Shown: positions 10,291 through 20,241, counted from the stretch's first letter. The stretch: 64,000 bases of DNA from an uncultured Gemmatimonadaceae bacterium (GCA_963716745.1 OY970320.1:1952001-2016000), one strand, 5' to 3'. Notes: generated by a model from the letters alone, not told the origin. Translations and numbers: made by a program.

Positions 10291-11363
10291 GCGACGACCT
10301 GCTGAAACGAGCCGCGGCAATCGCGTCTCGATTCACGATCGACGCCGGGCCATATCGCGTAGAGCCGCACGCCGGCGGGCATATCCATGATTCGTTCGTG
10401 GTCACGGCGGGCGAGCGGCGGTGGTTCTTGCAGCGGATGAACACGCGCGTTTTCCAGGAACCCGATCGCGTGATGGAGAACATCGTGAACGTGACGGCGT
10501 TCCTGGCTCGCACCGCCACGCCGGGCGAGCGCGCGCTCGCTACGGTGCCCGCGCGCGAGGGCGGCTGGCTCGTCCGGAACGAAGCGAAGGAGTGCTGGCG
10601 CATGTTCGCGCACCTCGAACGCACGGTGTCGCACGCGACCGCCGTGCGTGCGCCCGATGCCGCTTCGGCGGCGCGCACTTTCGGGCAGTTCCAGCGACGA
10701 CTCTCCGCATACGATGGTCCGCAGTTGCATGTGACGATCCCGAGGTTCCACGACACCACGCGCCGCCTCCACGCTTTCGAGCGCGCCGCACGTGCCGACC
10801 GTCACCGGCGCGCCGTGAATGTCGCCGCGGAGATCGAGTTCGCGATCTCGCGCCGATCGCTCGCCACGGTGCTCGCCGATGCGCATGCGCGCGGCGATGC
10901 GGTTCGCCGCATCGCGCACAACAATGCCAAGATCGCGAACATCCTCTTCGACGAAACCAGCGGCAGCGCGCTCTGCGTAGTGGACCTGGACACCGTGATG
11001 CCCGGCCTCTCACTCTACGACTTCGGCGATCTCGTGCGATCGATGGTCTCACCGGGCGCCGAGGACGCGCCCGACCTCTCGACGGTGAGTGCGGATCCGG
11101 ATCGCTTCGCCGCGATCGCTCTCGGATACCTCGACGGCACGGACGGTCTGCTGAGCGATGCCGAGCGCCGGCTCATGCCTGTGGCGGCCGAGACGATCGT
11201 GTACGAGCAGGGACTGCGTTTCTTAACCGACCATCTCGAGGGCGATGCCTACTATCGTGTGGAACGGCCGGAGCACAATCTCGACCGCGCGCGTGCGCAA
11301 TTCGCACTGCTGCGCTCGCTCGAGCGCCAGCGCGCTGAATTCTCCCGCATCGTGGAGAGGTAG
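10287..11363 (+). CDS. Aminoglycoside-phosphotransferase-fold sugar 1-kinase (NahK-like)
   Basis: GHIHDSF, LQRMNTRVF, TIPRFHDT, VDLDTVMPG..YDFGD, RFLTDHLEGD.YY motifs; GTGA overlap with upstream gene. Confidence 0.85.
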   Translation: MSDDLLKRAAAIASRFTIDAGPYRVEPHAGGHIHDSFVVTAGERRWFLQRMNTRVFQEPDRVMENIVNVTAFLARTATPGERALATVPAREGGWLVRNEAKECWRMFAHLERTVSHATAVRAPDAASAARTFGQFQRRLSAYDGPQLHVTIPRFHDTTRRLHAFERAARADRHRRAVNVAAEIEFAISRRSLATVLADAHARGDAVRRIAHNNAKIANILFDETSGSALCVVDLDTVMPGLSLYDFGDLVRSMVSPGAEDAPDLSTVSADPDRFAAIALGYLDGTDGLLSDAERRLMPVAAETIVYEQGLRFLTDHLEGDAYYRVERPEHNLDRARAQFALLRSLERQRAEFSRIVER

Positions 11364-12908
11364 ATGAGTTCACCCGTCGTCGCGACCGACACGCGAGATG
11401 CGTTCCACTGGAGGCCGGCAGCAGCGCTTGCCGCGCTCGTGTTCGTCGTGCACGTGGTGGTGAACGCGACGACCCCGTACGGCATCCATCGCGACGAACT
11501 GCTGTATCTCGCGATGGGGAAGCATCTCCGGTTGTTCACGATGGATTTCCCGCCGGCCATCGCGCTCATCGCGAATGCCGAACGTCTCTTCGGCGATTCG
11601 CTCATCGCGATCCGGCTGGCGCCCGCGCTGGCCGCGGCCGCGATCATCATGTTGGCGGCGGCGATCGCGAGGGAATTCGGCGGCGGTCGCTTCGCGCAGC
11701 TGACGGCCGCCATCGCGGTGGCGGTGCACGGGTTGTTCCTGCGCCCGGGCAATCTCTTCCAGCCGGTGGTATTCGATCAACTCTGGTGGACCGCGTGCCT
11801 GTTCCTGCTTGCACGTTTCGAGCGGACGCGCGACCCGCGCTGGTGGATGACCATCGGTGTGATCGGTGGGTTGGGGCTGCTCACGAAGTTCAGCATCCTG
11901 TTCATCGGATTCGGCATCCTCATCGCGCTCGTGATCGACGACCGCGCAGCGCTGCGCACCCGTGGGCCGTGGCTCGCGCTCGCGATCGCGCTCGTGATCG
12001 GCAGCCCGAGCATCATCGGGCAGATCCGGCTCGGATACCCGATCGTGGCGCAGATGAGAACCTTGCAAGCGAATCAGCTGGTGCACGTCAGCTACGGATC
12101 GTTCCTGTCGTGGCAGTTCCTCCTTGGGCCCTCGCTGCTGCTCGCGCTCGCCGGCGCGGCGTGGCTCCTCGTGTCGCCGGGCGCACGGCCGGTCCGCTGC
12201 GTGGGGCTTTCCTGCATCGCGGTCTTCGTCACGCTCTTCCTGCTGCGTGGCAAGGCCTACTATGTGGGGCCGATCTACCCCACCCTCTTCGCGGCGGGCG
12301 CGGTGTGGCTCGGATCGACCGGACCGTCGATGCTCGCGCGCGCGGTACGCGCGACAGCCGTCGCCGCGATCGTGCTCTACGGCCTTCTCATTTTGCCGAT
12401 CGGATTGCCGGTGCTCCCGCCGGTCACGATGGCACGATACGCCGCGGCCATCGGGATCGCCGAGGCCACGCGCACGAATAACGGATCATCGCTCCGGCTG
12501 CCGCAGGACTATGCCGACATGATCGGCTGGCCCGAGCGCGTCGCGCTCGTCGCACACGTCTACGATTCATTGCCGCCGGAGAAGCGCGCGGAGGCCGTGG
12601 TCATCGGCGAGAACTACGGCGAGGCCGGCGCGCTCGATTTCTACGGTCCGAGGCTGGGCCTCCCGCCGGCGGTGAGCGCGGCCGGCAGCTACTGGTTCTT
12701 CGGCCCAGGCGACAAGCCCGGCACGGTGATCGTCACGCTGGGCGTGAGCCGGGAGGATCTCGAGAAGTATTGCGGCACGGTGACGGCCGCGGGCCGCATC
12801 ACCAACGAATGGACGGTCGAGGAGGAGCAGGACATCACCGTGTACGTCTGCGAAGACCCGCACGTCACGCTGCAAGCGCTCTGGCCTTCGCTCGCCGGGC
12901 GGAATTGA
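11364..12908 (+). CDS. GT-C fold membrane glycosyltransferase (GT39/ArnT/PMT-like)
   Basis: YGIHRDELLY loop, GLGLLTKFS, GKAYYVGPIYP, ENYGEAGALD; multiple TM helices. Confidence 0.85.
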   Translation: MSSPVVATDTRDAFHWRPAAALAALVFVVHVVVNATTPYGIHRDELLYLAMGKHLRLFTMDFPPAIALIANAERLFGDSLIAIRLAPALAAAAIIMLAAAIAREFGGGRFAQLTAAIAVAVHGLFLRPGNLFQPVVFDQLWWTACLFLLARFERTRDPRWWMTIGVIGGLGLLTKFSILFIGFGILIALVIDDRAALRTRGPWLALAIALVIGSPSIIGQIRLGYPIVAQMRTLQANQLVHVSYGSFLSWQFLLGPSLLLALAGAAWLLVSPGARPVRCVGLSCIAVFVTLFLLRGKAYYVGPIYPTLFAAGAVWLGSTGPSMLARAVRATAVAAIVLYGLLILPIGLPVLPPVTMARYAAAIGIAEATRTNNGSSLRLPQDYADMIGWPERVALVAHVYDSLPPEKRAEAVVIGENYGEAGALDFYGPRLGLPPAVSAAGSYWFFGPGDKPGTVIVTLGVSREDLEKYCGTVTAAGRITNEWTVEEEQDITVYVCEDPHVTLQALWPSLAGRN

Positions 12909-12953
12909 TGCGCGGCGCGCTGACGTGCGAACAGGGGTGCTCGTCCTGAGAGC

Positions 12954-14219
12954 ATGACCCGTCCCGCCATTCTTTGGAGCATGACCGGCATCGCGATCGC
13001 CGGATTCGTCGCCGGCTCCCTGCTCCACCCGGTTGCGATGCCATCGCGTTTGCCGTCGTTCCGCGGGCTGCCGCCGCGCGACTCCGCGAAGGCCGCCGAA
13101 CTCGCGTTCGAGCGTTGCAGCGGCGCTTCCGACGACGCCAAGCATTCGTGCTATGAGGGAGAATTGCTCCCGGTCGCGAAGGCGCGTGGACCACGCGCCG
13201 CGCTCGCCGAGCTGCAGCAGCTCGTGACCCTGGATCACGAGGTGCTCGTCACGGGTCACGAATACGCGCACGCGATCGGGATCGCCGCATACGACGCGCA
13301 CCCCGATGTGAAGACCACGTTCCCGGAGTGCAGCGAGAAATTCCAGTCGGGATGCTACCATGGAGTGATCCAGGCGTTCTTCCTGCGCGCCGGCACGGAT
13401 GACAGCACGGCCGTGCGCGCGATCTGCGCGCCATGGACGGTGGCCGGCGTGTACGGATGGCTCCGCTTCCAGTGCGTGCACGGGCTGGGTCACGGGCTCA
13501 CGATGCGCTTCGATCACGACCTGCCGGCCGCGCTCTTGAAATGCGATCTGCTGCTCGATCGCTGGGACCGCGACTCCTGCTACGGCGGCGCGTTCATGGA
13601 GAACATCATGAACGCCACGCAGCCGCCAGTGGCGATGGCCATGGCGGACATGCCGGGGATGGGCGACTCGACTCGGCCCAAGTACAAGCAGATCGATCGG
13701 AGCGATCCGGCGTATCCCTGCTCGAAGCTCGCCGACCGGTACCAGGAATCGTGCTGGACGAACCAGGTGTCAGTGCTGCTCTATCTCAGCAACAGCGATG
13801 TGCGTGAGGCGGCCAAAGGATGCGACCGCGCACCGGCGAAGTACGTCAGCTGGTGCTTCCTCGGCCTGGGCACGGACATCAACGGACGCGTGCTGCGCGA
13901 TGGCCCGGCGGCGCTGGCGCTCTGTGACAAAGCGAGCGCCACCGGCCGGCCATGGTGCTATGCGGGCGTCGCCAAGAATCGCGTGGAGGACAACGCGAAG
14001 TTCGAGAGCGGAATGACATTCTGCCGTCTCGTGGCGAGCCGCGACGGCAAGCTGCGCTGCTATGAGGCGGTGGGCGAGGAGATCGCGAGCCTCAGCGCGG
14101 TGGTGACGGAGCGCGAACGCATGTGTGCCACCGCTGAACCGGGGTATCCCGACGCGTGCCTGTACGGCGCGCGCGTGCGGCCCACGCCGCCGCCGGGCCT
14201 GGTCGATCCCGAATGGTAA
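12954..14219 (+). CDS. Exported Cys/His-rich helical repeat protein, unknown function
   Basis: N-terminal TM/signal; repeated motifs CYHGVIQ, CVHGLGHG, CYGGAFME, CFLGLG, CYAGVA, CYEAVG. Confidence 0.8.
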   Translation: MTRPAILWSMTGIAIAGFVAGSLLHPVAMPSRLPSFRGLPPRDSAKAAELAFERCSGASDDAKHSCYEGELLPVAKARGPRAALAELQQLVTLDHEVLVTGHEYAHAIGIAAYDAHPDVKTTFPECSEKFQSGCYHGVIQAFFLRAGTDDSTAVRAICAPWTVAGVYGWLRFQCVHGLGHGLTMRFDHDLPAALLKCDLLLDRWDRDSCYGGAFMENIMNATQPPVAMAMADMPGMGDSTRPKYKQIDRSDPAYPCSKLADRYQESCWTNQVSVLLYLSNSDVREAAKGCDRAPAKYVSWCFLGLGTDINGRVLRDGPAALALCDKASATGRPWCYAGVAKNRVEDNAKFESGMTFCRLVASRDGKLRCYEAVGEEIASLSAVVTERERMCATAEPGYPDACLYGARVRPTPPPGLVDPEW

Positions 14220-14281
14220 GAGAACGCGGGAGCACGCCCATCGCGCGCCCCCGCGTTCCGTGATCGGTCCAGCCGATCAGA

Positions 14282-14965
14282 TCAGGTCACGTTGCAGTAG
14301 CGGCACTCGTGATCCTGCGCACGGCCCACGGCGAGCACGCCCGAGGGAACGAGCGTGACGCCCGGCAACAACGCGCCCTGCCATTCCTTGATCACATCGG
14401 CGGGAGGCGTGCCGGCCTTCGTCGCCGCTTCCGTCGCGAAATGCTGGAGCGCCATGTTGCACGCGCACGGCAGCGCACCGCTCGCGACCAAACCTTCCAC
14501 CGACGCGGTGGCGAACGGCTGAATCGGGAAGCCCGCGTTCGTCGCGTAGATATTGCGCTCGGCGGGCTTGTTGGTGGCGGGATCCGTCACGCTGAACGAC
14601 TCGCCGATCTTGTATTTGGCCCACATCGCATCGTTCAGCGCGATCGGGAACGCCGCGTGCCGCAAGATGATCACGGCGCTCAGTTCCTTCTCGCTGAGAT
14701 TGTACGCGTCCTTGTTGGTCACGAACCAGATGCGGGTCATGATCAACCCGAACCCACTATTGATATCCATGCCGTCGAAGACCTGGCGGTGCTTGCCCTT
14801 GATCTTCGTCTGCCAACTCTCGTCCCATCCGGCAGCCGCGGGGTGCGACGATTCCGCGCCCGCCTTGCTGGTCGCCAATCCGCCGGCCGCGAGTGCGATC
14901 GCTCCCGCCGCGAGACGTCCCAGGAAACCGCGGCGCGGCGTACGATCGAGTTCGAGATCCTGCAT
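14282..14965 (-). CDS. Tat-exported DsrE/DsrF-like protein
   Basis: AGGAGG RBS before ATG 14965; PRRGFLG twin-arginine signal; ACNMAL and VTLVPSGVLAVGRAQ..Y DsrE-like motifs. Confidence 0.7.
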   Translation of the reverse strand: MQDLELDRTPRRGFLGRLAAGAIALAAGGLATSKAGAESSHPAAAGWDESWQTKIKGKHRQVFDGMDINSGFGLIMTRIWFVTNKDAYNLSEKELSAVIILRHAAFPIALNDAMWAKYKIGESFSVTDPATNKPAERNIYATNAGFPIQPFATASVEGLVASGALPCACNMALQHFATEAATKAGTPPADVIKEWQGALLPGVTLVPSGVLAVGRAQDHECRYCNVT

Positions 14966-14985
14966 CGTGCTCCTCCTGCGCGCGG

Positions 14986-15867
14986 TCAATGCGCGCCGTT
15001 AGGGGTAGTGCTCGCCGGTGCGGGTGGGTGCTTCGCCCCGGAAGTAGGATATGCCACATCCGGCGGTGGATTGCCATTCGGCCAATCGGCCGCCTTGGTC
15101 GCGTAATCCGGGCGCGGATGCGAGGCGACGAACGCGGCGACGTCGAACGCCTGCTGGTCGCTCAGAGAGCCCGGCTTGTCGTACGGCATGTTGCTGCGCA
15201 CGAACGACGCCATGGTGTACAAGCGCGTCATACCGGCGCCGATGTTGAACGAGCGCGGCCCCCACAGCGGCGGGAACGCCGCACTTCCCTGGCCGTCCGG
15301 CCCATGGCACACGCTGCACACGCTCGCGAAGATCGCGGCCCCGTTCGCGGTATCCGGCTTGAGCGGCGTCATCTTCGGCAGCCCCTGCCCCGGCACGGAG
15401 TCGAACACGCCGACGCCGCGCGAGATCCATGAGAGGTAGGCGATGATGTCGCGCATGTCGCCGCTCTCGGCCGGCAACGCGCTCCCATTCAGACTCCGGC
15501 GGAAGCAGTCGTTCACGCGATCGATGAGCATCTCCACGGAGTTGCTCCGCGACCGGTACTGCGGATAGCGTGCCGCTACGCCGATCAGCAGCAGTCCATT
15601 GCGGCGCGTGCCCTCATCGAGATGACAATTGAAGCAGCGCAGGGCGCTGTGCGCATACCTCGGAAGACTGTCGGGCGTGTGCGCGAGCAGCGCGTGTCCG
15701 CGACGCGCCGCCACTCCCATGGGGGTGGCCGGCCACGTGGTGTCGGACAGCAATGCGACGCGATCCGTTGCGCGGTCGCGAGCCACCGGCACCGGCGTCG
15801 CCCGGCATGCGGCCAGGATCGCGGCGCTGAGCAGGACCAATGCGACATGCGCACTCCGAACGGCCAT
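14986..15867 (-). CDS. tsdA: Diheme cytochrome c, thiosulfate dehydrogenase TsdA-like, lipoprotein
   Basis: Two CxxCH motifs (CFNCH, CSVCH); YPQYRSR, NDCFRRSLNG (active-site Cys), PPLWG..SFNIGAGM, NMP; lipobox ILAAC. Confidence 0.82.
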   Translation of the reverse strand: MAVRSAHVALVLLSAAILAACRATPVPVARDRATDRVALLSDTTWPATPMGVAARRGHALLAHTPDSLPRYAHSALRCFNCHLDEGTRRNGLLLIGVAARYPQYRSRSNSVEMLIDRVNDCFRRSLNGSALPAESGDMRDIIAYLSWISRGVGVFDSVPGQGLPKMTPLKPDTANGAAIFASVCSVCHGPDGQGSAAFPPLWGPRSFNIGAGMTRLYTMASFVRSNMPYDKPGSLSDQQAFDVAAFVASHPRPDYATKAADWPNGNPPPDVAYPTSGAKHPPAPASTTPNGAH

Positions 15868-15880
15868 GCTGTCCCCCGAC

Positions 15881-17383
15881 TCAGTTCTTGGGCGCCGCCG
15901 CGGCCTGCGCCGCGTGCACCATTGATCGCACCTCGGCCGCGAGCGCCGGCGCGTCGAACACGATGCCATCCTTGATCGTGAACTTCACGCCGCCGCGGTG
16001 CACCAGCTTCCCGTTCTCGGCGGTCTCGATGCCGGTCGGGTAAAGAACCTTGAAGCTGTGCAACGGGTTCCCGTCCACGACGATCAGGTCCGCCTTGAAT
16101 CCGGGGCGCACAACGCCCGTGGTGGCGAGGCCGAGGAGTTTGGCGCCGTTCGAGGTAGCGTGCTGGATCACCTCGAGCGGCTGGAAGCCCGCCTCCTGCT
16201 GGAGTTCCATCTCGCGAATGGTGGTGAATCCGTAGAGTTCCCAAATGAAGCCTGCGTCCGATCCGACGGTGACGTTGCCGCCGCGCGCAGCGTACTCGCG
16301 CACCCAGTGCATCCAGATGCGATAATCGTTGCGCCAACGCACCTCATCGGCGGTCGTCCAGTCGAAGAAGTACGAGCCATGGCGCGCCGCGCTCGGCTCG
16401 AATTGCGCCATCACCGCGGGCAGCGCGTAGTCTCTCAGGAACGGCTGCGACCGTGCGCGCTGCAGGTCGCGGTTCGCCTCGTAGATCGCGAACGTCGGAT
16501 CCCACGTCACGCCATGCGCGAGCATCGTGTCGAGCACCGCCGAGAGGCGCGCCGAATCCGCTTGGCGCCAGATGTCGCCAGCCCAGCGAAAGCGGTCGAG
16601 CTCGTTGTCGTAGTCGTACGAATCCGGGAACTGCTGCTTCCCGACGATCGCCGCGTCGGGAATGCCGTACCAATGCTCGATCGACCTCACGCCGTAGCGC
16701 GTCGCGGCGAGCGCATCGGTCTCCTGGATCTTGAGATCGGTCGCCATCGGAAGATCGAGCGCCTTCGCCTCCTCCGACACAGCCGCCCACACATCCGGCC
16801 GCAGGATGAAGATCTTGAGTCCCTTCGCGCCCTTCTGTTTCACCGAACGCACCATCGCGCGCCCTTCGGCCGGCGTGTTGGCCTCGATCACCGCGTACGG
16901 GACGATCGCCGGCGCCGCGATCTTGTTCTCGGCCGAGAGCTTCGAGTGTGCGACGATCGTATCGATGCCCTCGAGCGAGCCGGGGTCGCGGATCGTCGTG
17001 ATGCCGCACGCGAGCAGCAGCTTGTATTCGTAGTCTTTGGGCATCGCGATGCCCGCGCGGCTGAACTGAATATGCGAGTGCACGTCGATGATGCCGGGCA
17101 TCACGTACATGCCGGTGGCGTCGATCACGCGGTCGGGCTTGCCGCCGGCCGAGGACGCCGGAAGCGCGCTCCCGCCGCCCTCGCGTACAGCGGGATCGGT
17201 GATCGCGACGATGGTGTTCCCTTCCACCGTGATGTCGAACGGCCCGCGCGTCGGATTCCCGGCGCCATCGATGATGAGCGCGTTCTTGATCAGCAGCCGC
17301 TGATAACGCACGCCCTGAGCATGCGCCGACGCGCCGAAGGAGAGCAGCGCGATGACCGCCGCCGTCGAGAAACGATTTTTCAC
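15881..17383 (-). CDS. Secreted amidohydrolase family protein
   Basis: IDATGMYVMPGIIDVHSH, GITTIRD, SIEH, VGSDAG, ADLIVVDGNP; signal peptide from GTG 17383. Confidence 0.88.
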   Translation of the reverse strand: MKNRFSTAAVIALLSFGASAHAQGVRYQRLLIKNALIIDGAGNPTRGPFDITVEGNTIVAITDPAVREGGGSALPASSAGGKPDRVIDATGMYVMPGIIDVHSHIQFSRAGIAMPKDYEYKLLLACGITTIRDPGSLEGIDTIVAHSKLSAENKIAAPAIVPYAVIEANTPAEGRAMVRSVKQKGAKGLKIFILRPDVWAAVSEEAKALDLPMATDLKIQETDALAATRYGVRSIEHWYGIPDAAIVGKQQFPDSYDYDNELDRFRWAGDIWRQADSARLSAVLDTMLAHGVTWDPTFAIYEANRDLQRARSQPFLRDYALPAVMAQFEPSAARHGSYFFDWTTADEVRWRNDYRIWMHWVREYAARGGNVTVGSDAGFIWELYGFTTIREMELQQEAGFQPLEVIQHATSNGAKLLGLATTGVVRPGFKADLIVVDGNPLHSFKVLYPTGIETAENGKLVHRGGVKFTIKDGIVFDAPALAAEVRSMVHAAQAAAAPKN

Positions 17384-17518
17384 AATGCGCCGTGGTTGGG
17401 TTGTCGTGGCACTTCCGGTGGCCGGTGGCCGATGGACGATGGACGTTACGGGCACGGCCCATGCGACGCAATCACCGCCGCCACTGGCCGTCGCGCCCGC
17501 GGCGCACATCTTCTACTT

Positions 17519-18034
17519 ATGGAAATCGAGTCGGCCGAGGCGATCCTGCCGTATTTCGAGAACATCCGGGCGCGCACGATCCGCGTGGCTTCGATCATCC
17601 CGCCGGACCGGATCGAATGGACGCATCGCGAAGGAGCGTTCACCCTCGGCGATCTGGTGCGGCATATCGCCGCGACGGAACCATGGATGTTCGCGGAGAA
17701 CGTGCGCGAGAAACCGGCCGAGCCGCAACCGGCGGCGAGACCATGGCCGCCAGCTCGCCGATGGTCTCGAGGCGGTGCTCGCGGACATCACGCGAATGCA
17801 CGAAGAATCAGATGCTCATCTTTCGTGAACTCCCGCCGGCGCAATTGCGCACGCCGGTAGGCGACACCCGCTGGAAAGACGCTGCTCGCTTGGAAGTGGC
17901 TGCGCGCGATGGTGGAGCATGAGGTCCATCACCGTGGACAACTCTATCTAATGCTCGGCATGCTCGGAGTGACGACGCCGCCAGTATACGGCCTCACTTC
18001 GGAGCAGGTGCGCGAGCGGAGCATCCAAGAATGA
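17519..18034 (+). pseudogene. DinB family protein, broken by several frameshifts (pseudogene or sequencing error)
   Basis: N-terminus MEIES...FTLGDLVRHIAATE and C-terminus WLRAMVEHEVHHRGQLYLML lie in different frames. Confidence 0.7.
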
Positions 18035-18498
18035 TCCGACCCAATTCGCTCGCTCGTGCCGCCATGTTCGCGGCGTGCCTCCTCTCGGCCGGCTGCGCGT
18101 CCGCGCCCGCATCACCGAGCACCCCCAAGTCGAACTCGTTGTACGTGAGGCTCGGCGGCTACGACGCGATCGCCGCCCTCGTCGACGATTTCATCGGCCG
18201 CATGGGGAAGGATACCATCACCGCGCCCTTCTTCGCGGGACTCACGCCGCATCAGGGGAACCTGATCCGTCAGGGGATCATCGATCAACTGTGCCAGGCG
18301 TCGGGCGGCCCGTGCGTCTACACCGGCCGCAGCATGAAGGAGGCGCACAAGGATCTGGGGATCACGCCGGCGGTGTGGCAAGCCGAGGTGTCCGAGATGA
18401 ACGCGGCGATGGACCACTTCAAGATCGGCCGCGAAGAGAAGAATGAAGTGTTGGCCATCATCCGTCCGCTCGAAGCGGAGATCGTCACGGCGAAATGA
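18031..18498 (+). CDS. Group I truncated hemoglobin (2/2 globin) with lipoprotein signal
   Basis: LYVRLGG, PFFAG, GGPCVYTGRSMKEAHKDLGIT (proximal His); lipobox LSAGC. Confidence 0.88.
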   Translation: MIRPNSLARAAMFAACLLSAGCASAPASPSTPKSNSLYVRLGGYDAIAALVDDFIGRMGKDTITAPFFAGLTPHQGNLIRQGIIDQLCQASGGPCVYTGRSMKEAHKDLGITPAVWQAEVSEMNAAMDHFKIGREEKNEVLAIIRPLEAEIVTAK

Positions 18499-18510
18499 CG
18501 TGCGGCGCGC

Positions 18511-20241
18511 TCACGCCGCGGCGGCTTCGACGACCGATGGGTCTGTTCGAGCGAGCACGGCGCCAAGCCACTCGACGATGAACCACAATTCGCCACCGGC
18601 GATCGCCGTGGCGACCAAGGCCGCCGGGATGAACGCCCACGCGCCAGCGACGCCACGGAGCGCGACGGCGATCACCGCCGCACCGACCGCGGGCAGCACG
18701 AGCAGCAGTAGGAACGCCAGCAGCGACCCCAGCATGCTGAGCACATTCTGGCCGAGCGATTCGATGCCGGCCGAACGGCCGGGACCGAGATGCACCCAGC
18801 CGGGCAGGAGCACCGCCCACGCGTTGGCGACGGCCACTCGCAGCGCGGTGAGCGCGGGGAGCATCAGGCCGCTCGCGAGAAGGATGGGGATCGCATTCGC
18901 GACGCGCGCCGCGCTGCCGGCGTGCGCCCACTGGCCGGCCCATGGGATCATCGCGGCAAGTCCGATCGCGAGGCAGATCGCCTGCATGACGCTCAGCAGC
19001 GCGAGGGTGCCAAGGAGCTCCGCGGCGACGATCGTGCGGCCGCTCAGCGGGTACGTGCGCAGCAGGGCGAGCATGAGCATGTCCTGCTGCAGGTCGGTGC
19101 GCACGTAGAGAGGGCCGAAGGTCACGAGCAGGATGGCACCCGAGAGCATGACCGAGCCGACGAGCGTGGAGCCGAATTCGATGCCCGGCATCGACATCAC
19201 AATGCCGCCGATGATCACGAGCGAGAGGATCGCGGTCCTCGTGAGCGGCACGAGTCGCTGGAACGACACCACCACCTTCCACACGAGCGCTACCGCCGGC
19301 CGTCCCGCGGGCGCGAGTGGCGGCCAGATCCGGTTCGCGCGCAACGCCACATCGCCCCGGAGACGGCGTGCCGCGCGCTGCGCAGCGACCCGCTCCGAAC
19401 GCTGCATCGCCGCCTCCTCGAAGGCGACACCGGTGCGGATGACCCACACGTAGGTCGCGACGAGGAGCAGCAACGACCAACCGATCTCGCCAGCCCACTC
19501 GGCTGGCGTGCGCGCGAACACGGGCGCGATGAGCGCGTGGAAGGGCCACAGCACCGTCCGGATCACGGGCGTGTTCCGCAGCGACAGGAGGGTGGTGCCC
19601 ATGGTGCCGGTCACCAGCGCCGAGCTGAGCGATGGCAGCGCTTCGATCACCGCGTAAACGGTCGCGCCGATCGCCGTGGCCGCGATCGTGAGCGGCAGCC
19701 AATTGCGGCGCAGTCCGGTGCGGCCGTGTTGCGCGGCGCTCACGCGCACGAACGAGGCGCCCACGCGATGCAGATAGAGCGTCGTGAAGAGGATCCATAG
19801 TGCGAACGCGTGCCGGACAGGGATGCCGGTCACCTGTCGCGAGAGCAACACCTTCCAGATCAGAACGCTGAGCAGGATCGCGATCTGAGCTTGCGCCAGC
19901 TTGTAGTTGATGAGCGCCTGGCGCGTGACCGGCGCCGGAAAGAGCATCTGCACTTCGGACCGGCTGAAAGTGAGCGCGGGCTCAGGGGCACCGAAGATCC
20001 AGAGCCAGGCTGTGGTGAGCGCGAGCAGCAGTTCGTACACGTTCTCGACGACGTCCCCGAAGCCGGCGGGCACGGCGCCGGTATCGCGCACGCCGTTCCC
20101 GAGGAACGTCCAGAGCCACAGCGCGCCCAGCACGATCGCGATCGCATAGCGCGGCGACCGCGCGCGACGGACCTCCACGCGCACGCGATTCGCGAGCGAG
20201 CGCGTGAGGAGGAACTGCAGCGCGCCGACGGAGCGCTTCAC
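18511..20241 (-). CDS. ABC exporter membrane subunit
   Basis: Multi-TM; LTFSRSEVQMLFPAPVTRQALINYKL and LLRTYPLSG motifs; overlaps the ATPase gene. Confidence 0.8.
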   Translation of the reverse strand: MKRSVGALQFLLTRSLANRVRVEVRRARSPRYAIAIVLGALWLWTFLGNGVRDTGAVPAGFGDVVENVYELLLALTTAWLWIFGAPEPALTFSRSEVQMLFPAPVTRQALINYKLAQAQIAILLSVLIWKVLLSRQVTGIPVRHAFALWILFTTLYLHRVGASFVRVSAAQHGRTGLRRNWLPLTIAATAIGATVYAVIEALPSLSSALVTGTMGTTLLSLRNTPVIRTVLWPFHALIAPVFARTPAEWAGEIGWSLLLLVATYVWVIRTGVAFEEAAMQRSERVAAQRAARRLRGDVALRANRIWPPLAPAGRPAVALVWKVVVSFQRLVPLTRTAILSLVIIGGIVMSMPGIEFGSTLVGSVMLSGAILLVTFGPLYVRTDLQQDMLMLALLRTYPLSGRTIVAAELLGTLALLSVMQAICLAIGLAAMIPWAGQWAHAGSAARVANAIPILLASGLMLPALTALRVAVANAWAVLLPGWVHLGPGRSAGIESLGQNVLSMLGSLLAFLLLLVLPAVGAAVIAVALRGVAGAWAFIPAALVATAIAGGELWFIVEWLGAVLARTDPSVVEAAAA

